Positions 36,367-45,499 of a stretch of DNA of 64,000 nt are shown one piece after another. The notes under the pieces were generated by a model, which worked only from the letters and a program-made list of their open reading frames with translations, was not told the origin of the DNA and did no database searches. Position numbers and translations under genes: made by a program. Position 1 is the first letter of the stretch. Every line of letters begins with the position of its first letter. The stretch is from sequence record NC_019411.1. The stretch is one strand, 5' to 3'.

Positions 36367-36861
36367 TTGACCGACACCATCGCGCCTGGAACCGAGTTCG
36401 AAGATGCCGTCACCCTCGGCGTCGAGATCATCCAGTCCAAGCCGCCGCACCTGACCGCCCGTGAGGCGGTCGAGAAGTTCCAACACCAGCCGGACGAGTT
36501 CCGCCTGCTGGTCACCCGCTTCAACAAGGCGACCGCCGCCTTGCCGGCGGTGGTCCACGGCCACCAGTTGCAGTCGACCTGCGCCAAGTGGGTGCTCGAC
36601 GCGGCCCAGCGGCTGCTCGACTTGCCGTTCGAGACGATTGAGCAGCGCGTGGCGTTCTACGCCAAGCAGATGACGCTCCCGGCCTATGGCTACCTGATGG
36701 ATCGCTACAAGGACCGGCTCGACGCCAAGATCGCCATCATCCGGGCCTGCCTGGAAGACCGCAACCACGTCGGCGCCAGCTACAACCTCGGCATCCTGGA
36801 AGAGGACTTCCAGGAGATGGTCGACCGTCACGACGATCTGGTCTCGGACGGCTACCCTTGA
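36367..36861 (+). CDS. hypothetical protein
   Basis: TTG start after RBS. Confidence 0.7.
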   Translation: MTDTIAPGTEFEDAVTLGVEIIQSKPPHLTAREAVEKFQHQPDEFRLLVTRFNKATAALPAVVHGHQLQSTCAKWVLDAAQRLLDLPFETIEQRVAFYAKQMTLPAYGYLMDRYKDRLDAKIAIIRACLEDRNHVGASYNLGILEEDFQEMVDRHDDLVSDGYP

Positions 36862-36933
36862 TGGGCGCTTGCAGCCGTCACAACTCCAGCCTAGCTTCCT
36901 CGCGCCGCGCTGTTGCGGTCATGAGGATTCGAA

Positions 36934-37194
36934 ATGGACAGGCTGAAAGTCAAGCTCTTCGCCAAGGGGATTCATACCTCGGCCGAGGCCCTGGTCGATG
37001 CGATCGCGGCGCTTCCGGAGGGGCCGGAGAAGGATGCGGTGGTCGCGGCCGAGAAGCAGTTGCACGCGCGGCTGAACTGGGGCGCGGCGAAGGCCGGCGA
37101 GTTCTTCGGGGACGAGTCGATCTCGCTCCTGGCGCAGCGGCGCACTGGCGGCGAGGACAAGCCGGACGCCCCCGAGGTTCCGCCCGGCGGCTGA
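36934..37194 (+). CDS. hypothetical protein
   Basis: GAGG RBS. Confidence 0.6.
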   Translation: MDRLKVKLFAKGIHTSAEALVDAIAALPEGPEKDAVVAAEKQLHARLNWGAAKAGEFFGDESISLLAQRRTGGEDKPDAPEVPPGG

Positions 37195-37204
37195 CGGGTG
37201 CGTC

Positions 37205-37729
37205 ATGGGCCTGACGGGCTGCACCTTCGCAGTCCTGACGGCCGGCTCGGTCGCCTATGCGATCGACCGTGGCGGCAAGGCGCTGAAGCTCAGCGCCTTC
37301 CTGCTGCTGGCGTCCTGGGCGTTCTCGGTCACCCTGGGCCAGACCCTCAACGCGGGCATGAAGCCCTATGTCTACGCCTGGGTCGACGCCCTGTTCGCCG
37401 GCGCGATGGGGATATTGATCTCCGCCCGACTTCAGCGCTGGCGGGTCGCCCTCTTCACCCTGGCGATCGCCCAGATGGGCCTCCACCTGATCATGATCGG
37501 GGTCTGGGATTTCTCGCTGCACGCGCGGCGCCTCCACATCCTAGCCCTCAACCTGACCTATGGCCTGGAACTCTTCGTCCTGACGATCGGGGCGGCGACC
37601 TATCGCGCCGAGGCCGAGGACGACATGCCGGCGGTGATCGAGGTCCAGCACCGCTTGATCGGGACCGACGACGGCCGCGTTCTCGATTGGCTTGAATGTG
37701 TTGACAAAGCCAGAGAGCCCGTCCTATAA
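37205..37729 (+). CDS. multi-pass membrane protein
   Basis: about five hydrophobic segments. Confidence 0.7.
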   Translation: MGLTGCTFAVLTAGSVAYAIDRGGKALKLSAFLLLASWAFSVTLGQTLNAGMKPYVYAWVDALFAGAMGILISARLQRWRVALFTLAIAQMGLHLIMIGVWDFSLHARRLHILALNLTYGLELFVLTIGAATYRAEAEDDMPAVIEVQHRLIGTDDGRVLDWLECVDKAREPVL

Positions 37730-37758
37730 GCTCCCTCGACGACAACGAGGAGGCCCCC
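37701..37758 (+). promoter_or_regulatory. cassette promoter
   Basis: TTGACA-N18-TATAAG...GACGACAAC GAGGAGG. Confidence 0.85.
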
Positions 37759-38190
37759 ATGCCGAAGACAAGTCCCGCGACCCTCTCCCGCGCCCTGGCC
37801 TATCTGGCGATCACCGGCGGGACCTCCTGCCTGACCATCAACACCCGCGTGGCCATGCACCCCTACTACGATCTGGTGCCGCGCGTGGTCAAACTCGGCG
37901 AGACCGAGTTGACCCTCCACGTCTACAAGCTCAACGCCGAGGGCAAGGCCCTGGCCGAGAAGTCCAAGCTCTGGCGCGGTCACCAGAAGCTCCTCGACAT
38001 GGGCTTCCAGTTCAAGAAGAACCGCCGGCGCCAGTCGTCGCGCTTCCTGTCCTACGAACATGGCGAGCACATGGAGCGCAAGAGCCTGCGCGGCGCCTTC
38101 ATCTCCGGCGATCGGGTCTACGCCCAGCCGGCGCCGGGCCAGACGCCCGAGGGCAAGAAGGACTGGGACTACATCGAGGTGACCCTGTGA
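37759..38190 (+). CDS. hypothetical protein
   Basis: RBS behind promoter. Confidence 0.75.
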   Translation: MPKTSPATLSRALAYLAITGGTSCLTINTRVAMHPYYDLVPRVVKLGETELTLHVYKLNAEGKALAEKSKLWRGHQKLLDMGFQFKKNRRRQSSRFLSYEHGEHMERKSLRGAFISGDRVYAQPAPGQTPEGKKDWDYIEVTL

Positions 38191-38546
38191 GCGAGCGCAC
38201 CGCGATCGACATCCTTCGCCACGCCGCCGAACTCCTGGAGACGCGCGGCTGGGGCCAAGGCGCCACCGTGGTCGACACCGCCGACATCGGCGGCGCCCTC
38301 TGCGCCAACATCGCGCTGGGCCACGCCTCGGTCCGCATCGATCCCAAGGACTACGCCGCCTACACCGGCGCCCAGGTCGCCCTCCTGAAACATCTGGGGA
38401 TCGACCTGGGGCCGGCCCTGCTCCAGAAGACGACCAAGGCCAGCCTGATCATCGAGTGGAACGACGCGCCCGAGCGCACCGCCCGCGAGGTGACCGACGC
38501 CCTGCGCGGCGCGGCCGACGGCCTTAGCCGGGAGGCGCAGCCTTGA
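38187..38546 (+). CDS. DUF6197-like protein (paralog 1)
   Basis: AAELLETRGWGQG...WNDAPERTAREV. Confidence 0.65.
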   Translation: MSERTAIDILRHAAELLETRGWGQGATVVDTADIGGALCANIALGHASVRIDPKDYAAYTGAQVALLKHLGIDLGPALLQKTTKASLIIEWNDAPERTAREVTDALRGAADGLSREAQP

Positions 38547-38917
38547 TCACTCCCGTCCAGCACATCCTCACCGACGCGGCCGTGCTGCTTGAAGAGCGCG
38601 GCTGGGGCCAAGGCAACGACACGATCCGGACGGCCGACCAGGGCGGCGCCATGTGCCTCAACCTCGCCCTGGGCGCGGCGCCCTCCGAGGAGTTGGAGAC
38701 CTTCCGCGCGGCCCAGTACGCCCTCATCAACCATCTGGGCCTGGAGGTGGTCACCGAATATGATCGCTTCGCCGGCCTGATGCGTGAGATGCCGGGCGTG
38801 ACCCTGGTCAACTGGAACGACGCGCCGGGGCGCACGGCCCAGGAGGTGATCCACGCCCTGCGGGCGACGGCGCTGTCGGCGGTGGTCGACACCCTGACGG
38901 CGGAGGCCCTGGCCTGA
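38543..38917 (+). CDS. DUF6197-like protein (paralog 2)
   Basis: AAVLLEERGWGQG...WNDAPGRTAQEV. Confidence 0.65.
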   Translation: MITPVQHILTDAAVLLEERGWGQGNDTIRTADQGGAMCLNLALGAAPSEELETFRAAQYALINHLGLEVVTEYDRFAGLMREMPGVTLVNWNDAPGRTAQEVIHALRATALSAVVDTLTAEALA

Positions 38918-39261
38918 TGCCCCGTCCCGCCCAACGCCGCCATGCCCTCTACCTGCTGGTCGTCAGTTGCGGCCCGCTGGTGATCATGAAGGGGCCGGAG
39001 GCCTTCACCCCCTGGCCGGTCCTGCGCAAGGCGATCCTCAAGACCATGCGCGAGGCGCACGGGCTGAAGGCCTCCGAGGTCTCGGCCGTCGAGGGTCTCG
39101 CCGATCCGCGCAGCGAAGACCCGCAAGACCGCAACGCCGTCGAGAAGTTCGCCGCCGCCTTCGCCGGCTCGGACAACTTCCCGGCCTTCCATCTCTACGC
39201 CTGGACTGGCGAAGGCTTCGCCCTGGTCCGCGCCCCTCTGGAACAGGAGACCGCCGCCTGA
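38917..39261 (+). CDS. hypothetical protein
   Basis: TGATG coupling. Confidence 0.6.
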   Translation: MPRPAQRRHALYLLVVSCGPLVIMKGPEAFTPWPVLRKAILKTMREAHGLKASEVSAVEGLADPRSEDPQDRNAVEKFAAAFAGSDNFPAFHLYAWTGEGFALVRAPLEQETAA

Positions 39262-39917
39262 TGCCGCTCTACCTGACCCAGTACCCCCTCGACTGGCCCG
39301 GCACGACGGCCAAGGGCGGCGCCAAGACGACGCTGTTCGCCCGCGATTACGTCGAGGCCGAGGCGTTCTGCAAAGCCCGCAAGCTGGGCGAGGTCCTGAT
39401 CGACCCCGCCGAGCACATCACCGCCCGCGACGCCTCCGTGCTCAACCACATGCGGCCCGAAATGCCTTCGGACCTCCTGCGGCGCCGGCGCTACAGCGAT
39501 GCGCTCCACGCTGGGGCCTTCCTCTCGTTCGTGGGGCTGAAGTCCGGCTATCTTCAGGTCGAGGAACTGCTGGGCGATGTCTCGCCCGTCCACGAACTGG
39601 CCCATTGGGTGATGTTCCGGGACATGCACGCGGAAAGGGGCGCGACTTGGACGCCGCCTTCGGCCGAGGTGCTGATGAGCCATGCCGATCGCCTGGAGAT
39701 CATGGAACGGCAGGTCCCCGGCTTCCATCCCCGCTCGGTGTCATACACCGAACGACGAGGGCTCCCGATCGAAAGCTGGGAACGCGCCGAGGCGATCCGG
39801 CAATGGGACCTGGAGAAGCTCGCAGGCTTCGCCGATGACTATCCGCGCCAGCGTCGGATCGTCCAACGTCAACGCAAGAAGCGCGCTGAGAAGATCGCGC
39901 GACTGGAGAACGCATGA
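39261..39917 (+). CDS. hypothetical protein
   Basis: TGATG coupling. Confidence 0.65.
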   Translation: MPLYLTQYPLDWPGTTAKGGAKTTLFARDYVEAEAFCKARKLGEVLIDPAEHITARDASVLNHMRPEMPSDLLRRRRYSDALHAGAFLSFVGLKSGYLQVEELLGDVSPVHELAHWVMFRDMHAERGATWTPPSAEVLMSHADRLEIMERQVPGFHPRSVSYTERRGLPIESWERAEAIRQWDLEKLAGFADDYPRQRRIVQRQRKKRAEKIARLENA

Positions 39918-40447
39918 CCCCGACCGATGAGCTTTTGAACCGCGCCGCCCAGCGCCTGGAACAGCGTGGCGGGCGAGACGCCTACAGCGCCCTGCTCGAC
40001 GTCTCGCAAGGCGGCGAGAGCATCGCCGAGGCCCTGGAGGCGGTGATCCTCCACCTGGGCCTGCCCTATGATCCGACCCGTCGTCTGCGCGGGCCGGTCC
40101 TGCGCTGGTGCCTCGCCGAGGACCGCACCCAGACCCAGGTGCTGGGCGCCCTGCGCGGCGCGGCCCTGTCCATCAAAAAGGCCCGCATGAAGGACCCCTA
40201 CGAGATCATCAACGGCTGGTGGTGGCTGAGCTTCGCCGACGACACCGGCTTCCTGGGCGTGGCGATCCTTCACGCCGAGAGCTTCGACGCGGCGCTGCGC
40301 AAGAGCGGAGCCACCGGGCTCAATCCGGGCGGTTCGGTTCAGGGCGTGCCCCTCCCCGAGGAGTACGTTCCGGCCGAGCCCTACCGCAATCGCCTGCTGA
40401 ACGCGGCCGAAGCCGTCTCCGCCGGCGGGATCAAGGTGAGCGCATGA
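39914..40447 (+). CDS. hypothetical protein, diverged DUF6197-like N-terminus
   Basis: AAQRLEQRGG...RTQTQVLGALRGAA. Confidence 0.6.
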   Translation: MTPTDELLNRAAQRLEQRGGRDAYSALLDVSQGGESIAEALEAVILHLGLPYDPTRRLRGPVLRWCLAEDRTQTQVLGALRGAALSIKKARMKDPYEIINGWWWLSFADDTGFLGVAILHAESFDAALRKSGATGLNPGGSVQGVPLPEEYVPAEPYRNRLLNAAEAVSAGGIKVSA

Positions 40448-40923
40448 CCGAGGCCCGCATCTACAACGGCGCGGCCGGCGCCATCTTCATCCGCAACCCC
40501 AAGTACGGGGTGATCGAGACCGACTCCCTGGTGGTGATCGACCGCCCGGACGACCTCGACCATCACGGCCTGATCGGACGGCTCCACATCCAGCCCGGCA
40601 TGGACACGGTGATCGTCAAGGCCGGCGTCGTCCACGTCAACGTCTATCCGTGTCAGGTCCGGCCGCTGAAGCTGGGCGAGCGGATCGGCGACCCCGAGGC
40701 CAACGCCCACCTCAACCAGATCGCCGAGATGGTCGGCGAGGGCGAGGACGTCGGGGCGGCCTGGGAGAGCGTCCAGGCGATCATCACCGAGCGGGACAAC
40801 CTCAAGACGGCGGCCGAGCGCGTGCGCGACTGCCTGCGGTCGGCCAACCTGACCGACTCGGTTCAGGACGTCCGCTACGAGATCGAGACGGCCGCCAATT
40901 TCATCGCCGAGGCCCTGTCATGA
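40444..40923 (+). CDS. hypothetical protein
   Basis: ATGA coupling. Confidence 0.65.
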   Translation: MTEARIYNGAAGAIFIRNPKYGVIETDSLVVIDRPDDLDHHGLIGRLHIQPGMDTVIVKAGVVHVNVYPCQVRPLKLGERIGDPEANAHLNQIAEMVGEGEDVGAAWESVQAIITERDNLKTAAERVRDCLRSANLTDSVQDVRYEIETAANFIAEALS

Positions 40924-41528
40924 AGGTCCCGCTGAAGCAATGCCCGCCCGGCCCGTTCCTCTATGAGGGCGTCCTGGGCTTCAAGACCGAGTACGGGGCG
41001 ATGTCCACGCGCGAGCTTCCGAGCCCGCCGCTGTCGGGGCGCCACCAGCGCGAGTGGTACGTCACCGACCACGCCGACGCCTATTGCATGTCGTCCGGCG
41101 AGGCCTTCTGGGCGGGCGCCAAGACGCGCGAGGAGCGGGACGAACTCCTGGTCCAGCCGCTCTACGAGGGCTGGCTGAAGCTCAACCGACCGAGCGATCG
41201 CGAACGCCCCTCGGCGGCCGTCCTGCGCGAGGCGATCGACACGGCCCTGGTCCAGATCAGCGGTGGTCTCTGCTACTTCACGGCCGACGCCAAGCACGCC
41301 CAGCTTCGTGACGCCGAGAAGACCCTGGAGCGGGCGCTGAACGGCGACGAGACCCCGTTCGAAAAGCGGGTCTATGGCGAAGAGCCGGCGGCCGACTGGA
41401 GCCTGGAGCTTCACGTCTTCCACGCCGCCAACAACCCCGACCTGCCGCAGGCCACGCGGGAGCTTCTCAAGACCCTGTGGAAGGCCTACTGCGAGATGGA
41501 ACAACGCTGCGAAGGAGCCTCGACTTGA
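40920..41528 (+). CDS. hypothetical protein
   Basis: ATGA coupling. Confidence 0.65.
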   Translation: MKVPLKQCPPGPFLYEGVLGFKTEYGAMSTRELPSPPLSGRHQREWYVTDHADAYCMSSGEAFWAGAKTREERDELLVQPLYEGWLKLNRPSDRERPSAAVLREAIDTALVQISGGLCYFTADAKHAQLRDAEKTLERALNGDETPFEKRVYGEEPAADWSLELHVFHAANNPDLPQATRELLKTLWKAYCEMEQRCEGAST

Positions 41529-42073
41529 ACATTCTGCAAGACCTCCTCGCCCACCCCGAGAACATGACGGACGCCTACGCGTCCTGCATCTCGATGCGGA
41601 TCGGCGACACCCTGACCAGCCCTCGGCGCCAGGACCTCTTCGATCTGGCGACCACCCTGACCTCGATCTCGCACGCCCTGCTGGCCCAGGCCCCGCAGGA
41701 GGTGCGCAACGTCCTGGTCCACGACAAGGGCGACATGGGCGATCCGATCATGGTCGCCTTCCGCCTCGGGCAGTTGTCCATGGCCGGCGAGATCATGGGC
41801 TACGAGGCCAGCCGCCGGGCCGATGACGACATCATCGAGGTGGTTCGCGCCCACCGGGGCTTTCTGTCCGACATCGCCGCCGGCCGCAACACCCAGCGCG
41901 AACTCGCCGCCCAGTTCGGGATGTCGGGTCGGGAGGTCCGCGTCACCCTGCGGCTCCTCGGGAGCAAGGGCCTCGTCAACACCGTGCTCGGTAAGAAGGT
42001 CGGCGAGTTCGAGGCCCGGCTGACGCCGCTGGCCGAATCGGTGCTCGACCAGATCAGGAAGGCCGCCGCATGA
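41525..42073 (+). CDS. winged-HTH (MarR-like) DNA-binding protein
   Basis: TQRELAAQFGMSGREVRVTLRLLGSKGLV...LTP; start uncertain. Confidence 0.7.
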   Translation: MNILQDLLAHPENMTDAYASCISMRIGDTLTSPRRQDLFDLATTLTSISHALLAQAPQEVRNVLVHDKGDMGDPIMVAFRLGQLSMAGEIMGYEASRRADDDIIEVVRAHRGFLSDIAAGRNTQRELAAQFGMSGREVRVTLRLLGSKGLVNTVLGKKVGEFEARLTPLAESVLDQIRKAAA

Positions 42074-42426
42074 GCGAGGGCGCCAAGCGCAAGCGGGCCG
42101 CCCGGCGCGCGCCGCAAAAGACGCTGATCGAAAAGCTCGACGCGATTCTCGACGAGAGCCTCGCCGGGATCGAGCATCCCTCGCAGGTGGCGATCAATGT
42201 CTGCGTGCCTCGCGCCGACCTTCAGGAGGCCGTCAGGGGCCTGAAGCTGCGGGAGGTGTCCACCGGCCTGCCCGAGGACTTCCTGGTCGCCTGGGACGAT
42301 CTGCGGCGGGCGATCACCGCCGTCGAGACCGCCAGCCTCTACTCGATCGGCGAGGCCGTCCGCTGGCTGGAGGAAGAGCGCATGAAGTTCGACGCCAAGG
42401 TTCGCGACACGGCAAGGTACGCATGA
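42070..42426 (+). CDS. hypothetical protein
   Basis: ATGA coupling. Confidence 0.65.
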   Translation: MSEGAKRKRAARRAPQKTLIEKLDAILDESLAGIEHPSQVAINVCVPRADLQEAVRGLKLREVSTGLPEDFLVAWDDLRRAITAVETASLYSIGEAVRWLEEERMKFDAKVRDTARYA

Positions 42427-42749
42427 CTCCCAAGACCTTCATCGACAAGCTGCGGGTCGGCGCGCAGAAGGCGCTCGCCCGCTCCAGGGCCTGGACGCCC
42501 GAGGAGAACATCGTGCTCCAGACCCTGGTCTGGGCTCCGGCCAACATCCAGCAGCGCTCGGACCTCTATGTGGCGGGCGTCATGCGCGGCATGCTGGCCC
42601 TGATCTCGACCATGAGCGGCAAGGTCTCCGAGGAGATCAAGACCCTCCTGTGGATGGCCGGCGAGGCGACCGAGACCAACGCGCCCGTGCCGGATGATCA
42701 GGTCCTGACGGCGCTGGCGGCCCTCGACGGCCTGCATGCGAGGGGCTGA
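42423..42749 (+). CDS. hypothetical protein
   Basis: ATGA coupling. Confidence 0.65.
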   Translation: MTPKTFIDKLRVGAQKALARSRAWTPEENIVLQTLVWAPANIQQRSDLYVAGVMRGMLALISTMSGKVSEEIKTLLWMAGEATETNAPVPDDQVLTALAALDGLHARG

Positions 42750-43144
42750 TGGTCAGCGCCTACCAGCAATCGCTCAACGCCCAGGCCTCGGGTCTGTCGA
42801 CCCAGGCTGATCCGCTCGCCCGAGGCTATTGGAAGAACGGCCAGTGGGTGCGCAACTCGCTGCACGATCGCCTCAAGGCCTACATCGCCAGGGTCCCGGA
42901 CGTGGAGTTCCATCGCTACTCGACGCGCCCGGCCGGCTCAATCACCGTCGCGGGCATCTCGCCGAACGCCTATGTCCCGGTCACCGACCAGAGGAGCCCG
43001 CCGGCCCCGTTCAGCAAGGACAGATGGTGCTACATGCCCAAGACGATGCGCGCCCTGGTCGAGGCCGGCGTCCTGATGGTCGCCAGTCTCGACGTCCAGA
43101 TGGACGGCAGCACCAAGGTGGCGATCTACAAGCCGGTGCGCTGA
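42749..43144 (+). CDS. hypothetical protein, wHTH-like C-terminus
   Basis: PKTMRALVEAGVL. Confidence 0.65.
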   Translation: MVSAYQQSLNAQASGLSTQADPLARGYWKNGQWVRNSLHDRLKAYIARVPDVEFHRYSTRPAGSITVAGISPNAYVPVTDQRSPPAPFSKDRWCYMPKTMRALVEAGVLMVASLDVQMDGSTKVAIYKPVR

Positions 43145-43422
43145 TGCGACGGTTCATGCGCGCCCCCAGCCTGTCGACCTATCCGATCCCCTACCAGCTT
43201 GAGCGCTACCTGCTCAACAACCGCGACGTGCGGCTGGTGCGCTGCCGTGACGGCTGGCGTCTCCAGGGCCGAACCGGCGTCTTCCATCGATCCCGTGTAC
43301 CCGGCACCGGGCGCTACTCCTGGCGGTCGGTGGCGATCTGCCTGGACAGCCTCTGCGTGGTCGAGAGCTATGACGAGACCATGCGCCCCGACGTTGTCGG
43401 GCTCGCCAAGGACGTGGTGTGA
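43144..43422 (+). CDS. hypothetical protein
   Basis: TGATG coupling. Confidence 0.55.
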   Translation: MRRFMRAPSLSTYPIPYQLERYLLNNRDVRLVRCRDGWRLQGRTGVFHRSRVPGTGRYSWRSVAICLDSLCVVESYDETMRPDVVGLAKDVV

Positions 43423-43784
43423 TGGTCTGGTGGGACCCTCAGGCGCTGGTCAAGAGCCACTGGCCCTATGATCCGAAGGACGGCACGCGCCCCTATTACA
43501 TGTTCGAAGGCCGGCGCTACAAGAGCGCCATCGCCGCCGCCACCGCCGAGGTGCTGAGCAATCGCCTGTGGGCGTTGTTCGACGTCCTCCCGATCCTGCT
43601 GCGCTGCGCCGACGGCTCCTATGTCGTCGACTGCGAACCGATCGGGAGCGAGCCGCACCTGCCGGCCCCCGACATCCGGGTCTCCAGGCGCATCGCGCTT
43701 GGGCTGGTCGAGGCCGGGCTGCTGCTGATCACCGAGTACAACGAGCGCGGCGTCCCCGACCGCCTGGAGCTTGCCGCCACATGA
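43419..43784 (+). CDS. hypothetical protein, wHTH-like C-terminus
   Basis: SRRIALGLVEAGLL...YNERG. Confidence 0.65.
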   Translation: MMVWWDPQALVKSHWPYDPKDGTRPYYMFEGRRYKSAIAAATAEVLSNRLWALFDVLPILLRCADGSYVVDCEPIGSEPHLPAPDIRVSRRIALGLVEAGLLLITEYNERGVPDRLELAAT

Positions 43785-44047
43785 GAGGTCTTCCCAAGCC
43801 CGCCGAGGTCCAGCTTCGCCGGTACCTCCAGGGCGGTCACTTCAAGCACCTGATCCGGGCCTATCGCGGCTGGCGACCCTACAACCCCGCCACCGGGACC
43901 ATCCACGTCGACAAGCGGTTCTCGACCAAGACGGTCCAGCGGGCCGTCAGCGCCGGCACGCTCGACGTCTACGAGTTCGACGAAGAGGGGCAGGTTCAGG
44001 TCTACGCCCTCGGCGCCCAATTCCTCGGCTGGAAGTCCTCGTCATGA
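43781..44047 (+). CDS. small wHTH-like protein
   Basis: STKTVQRAVSAGTL...FDEEG. Confidence 0.65.
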   Translation: MRGLPKPAEVQLRRYLQGGHFKHLIRAYRGWRPYNPATGTIHVDKRFSTKTVQRAVSAGTLDVYEFDEEGQVQVYALGAQFLGWKSSS

Positions 44048-44352
44048 CCCCGCACGAAAAGGCGATGACCAAGTCGGTGATGCGCATCTGCGACGACATC
44101 CGCATGGTCGGCGGCGGGACGGGCGAGGCGATCGTGCTCTGGAAGTTCGTCTACCGTCCGGCGATCAAGCCGGGGCGCGCCGGGCGCTACGCCCTCGTGA
44201 CGGCCAAGCTCGACGTCCCCTTGCCAATGCGGGTCACCAGGGGTTATCGTCGCTGCGAGATGGAGGCGGTGGTCGACGTCGGCTATGCGGGGCTGCGCCC
44301 CGTGGCCTGGGACGAAACTGGCCGTGTCCTGGAGTATCGGGGTCGGGCGTGA
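44044..44352 (+). CDS. small wHTH-like protein
   Basis: EMEAVVDVGY...WDETG. Confidence 0.6.
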   Translation: MTPHEKAMTKSVMRICDDIRMVGGGTGEAIVLWKFVYRPAIKPGRAGRYALVTAKLDVPLPMRVTRGYRRCEMEAVVDVGYAGLRPVAWDETGRVLEYRGRA

Positions 44353-44969
44353 AGGCCGATTGGCGCGAGACATTGGCGGTCGCTTTTGACCGGCCTCTTC
44401 CGACTGCGGACGAGGTCAAGGACCCCTACGCCTTCGATCCCACCGCGCCGGCCATCATCCTCGACTTCGCCACCCCGCCCGAGCCGCCGCCCGAGAACGA
44501 ATATCGGTGGCTGGCCCTGGACGCGGCGGGCGAACCGCTGGGGGAGTTCTGGACCATCCCGCTGGCGGCCGAGGGGCTCGCCCATATCCTCTATCCAGGC
44601 CACGCCCAGATCGTGCGGGGCAACGCCACCAGCCGCCTGCGGGCCAAGCGCCTGTCGCGCCTCTGCGAAGCCCAGAACTGGCGCTGCTGCTACTGCTACG
44701 GGGTGATGCGCCTGCCGGTCGAGTGCCTGCCTCAGGCGCCGGACATGGCGACCCTGGAGCACCTGCACCGCCAGACCGACGGCGGCGGCGGGCGGCTGGA
44801 CAATCTGGTCGCCGCCTGCGCGTCCTGCAACTCCCATCGGGGCGGCTTCACGCCGCTGAAGTGGTGGAAGGTCCGCCAGCGCCTGCTCCCCGTCTGGCCC
44901 GCCTGCACGACGATGACCGAAGCCGCCCGTTACAACCTGCGAGGCTATGGTCCGCTGCGGGCCGGCTAG
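44349..44969 (+). CDS. HNH endonuclease
   Basis: CCYC...TLEHL...DNLVAACASCNSHRG. Confidence 0.85.
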   Translation: MKADWRETLAVAFDRPLPTADEVKDPYAFDPTAPAIILDFATPPEPPPENEYRWLALDAAGEPLGEFWTIPLAAEGLAHILYPGHAQIVRGNATSRLRAKRLSRLCEAQNWRCCYCYGVMRLPVECLPQAPDMATLEHLHRQTDGGGGRLDNLVAACASCNSHRGGFTPLKWWKVRQRLLPVWPACTTMTEAARYNLRGYGPLRAG

Positions 44970-44974
44970 GTGGA

Positions 44975-45022
44975 ACAACCGTTTTTGGTTGTATTTCCGG
45001 AATACAACCGTTTTTGGTTGTA
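44975..45022. repeat. two tandem 19-bp palindromic repeats (operator-like)
   Basis: ACAACCGTTTTTGGTTGTA at 44975 and 45004. Confidence 0.85.
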
Positions 45023-45033
45023 GCGCGACTGTG

Positions 45034-45063
45034 TTGACAGGGTTTACAGAACCGGGCTAGACC
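45034..45063 (+). promoter_or_regulatory. sigma70-type promoter lacking GACGACAAC
   Basis: TTGACA-N18-TAGACC, GGAGG RBS. Confidence 0.65.
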
Positions 45064-45070
45064 GGAGGCC

Positions 45071-45499
45071 ATGACGGCTTCCGCCCCATTCATCCCGATG
45101 CTCCTCAAGGTCGGCGCGACCCGCCGGCGCTTGGCCGCCGCGCCCCAGCGGGTGCGCGACAAGGTCAACGCCCAGGCGGAGTTCTATACCGACGCCAAGG
45201 AGAAGGCCCGCCGACGCCGGGCGTTCATCCTGACGGCCCTGCTCGACGAGTTCTTTCACGGGACGGTGGTGTTCGAGCGCAACGCCCACGGGACCTACGA
45301 CGCCCATTTCATTGGCACCTCGGCGCAGTTCCAGGCCCTGGATCGGCCGAGCGCCCATCTCCTGTTGGACGCGCGCTGGTCGCTCAAGACCCTGCGCTAT
45401 CCCCTGTCGGTGGGCGATCTGGTGGTCGACGCCATGGACGAGAACAGGACGCCGCTGCGGCTGATCCAGCCCCCGATCCTTCCGGAGGACGCGGCGTGA
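45071..45499 (+). CDS. hypothetical protein
   Basis: GGAGG RBS. Confidence 0.7.
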   Translation: MTASAPFIPMLLKVGATRRRLAAAPQRVRDKVNAQAEFYTDAKEKARRRRAFILTALLDEFFHGTVVFERNAHGTYDAHFIGTSAQFQALDRPSAHLLLDARWSLKTLRYPLSVGDLVVDAMDENRTPLRLIQPPILPEDAA

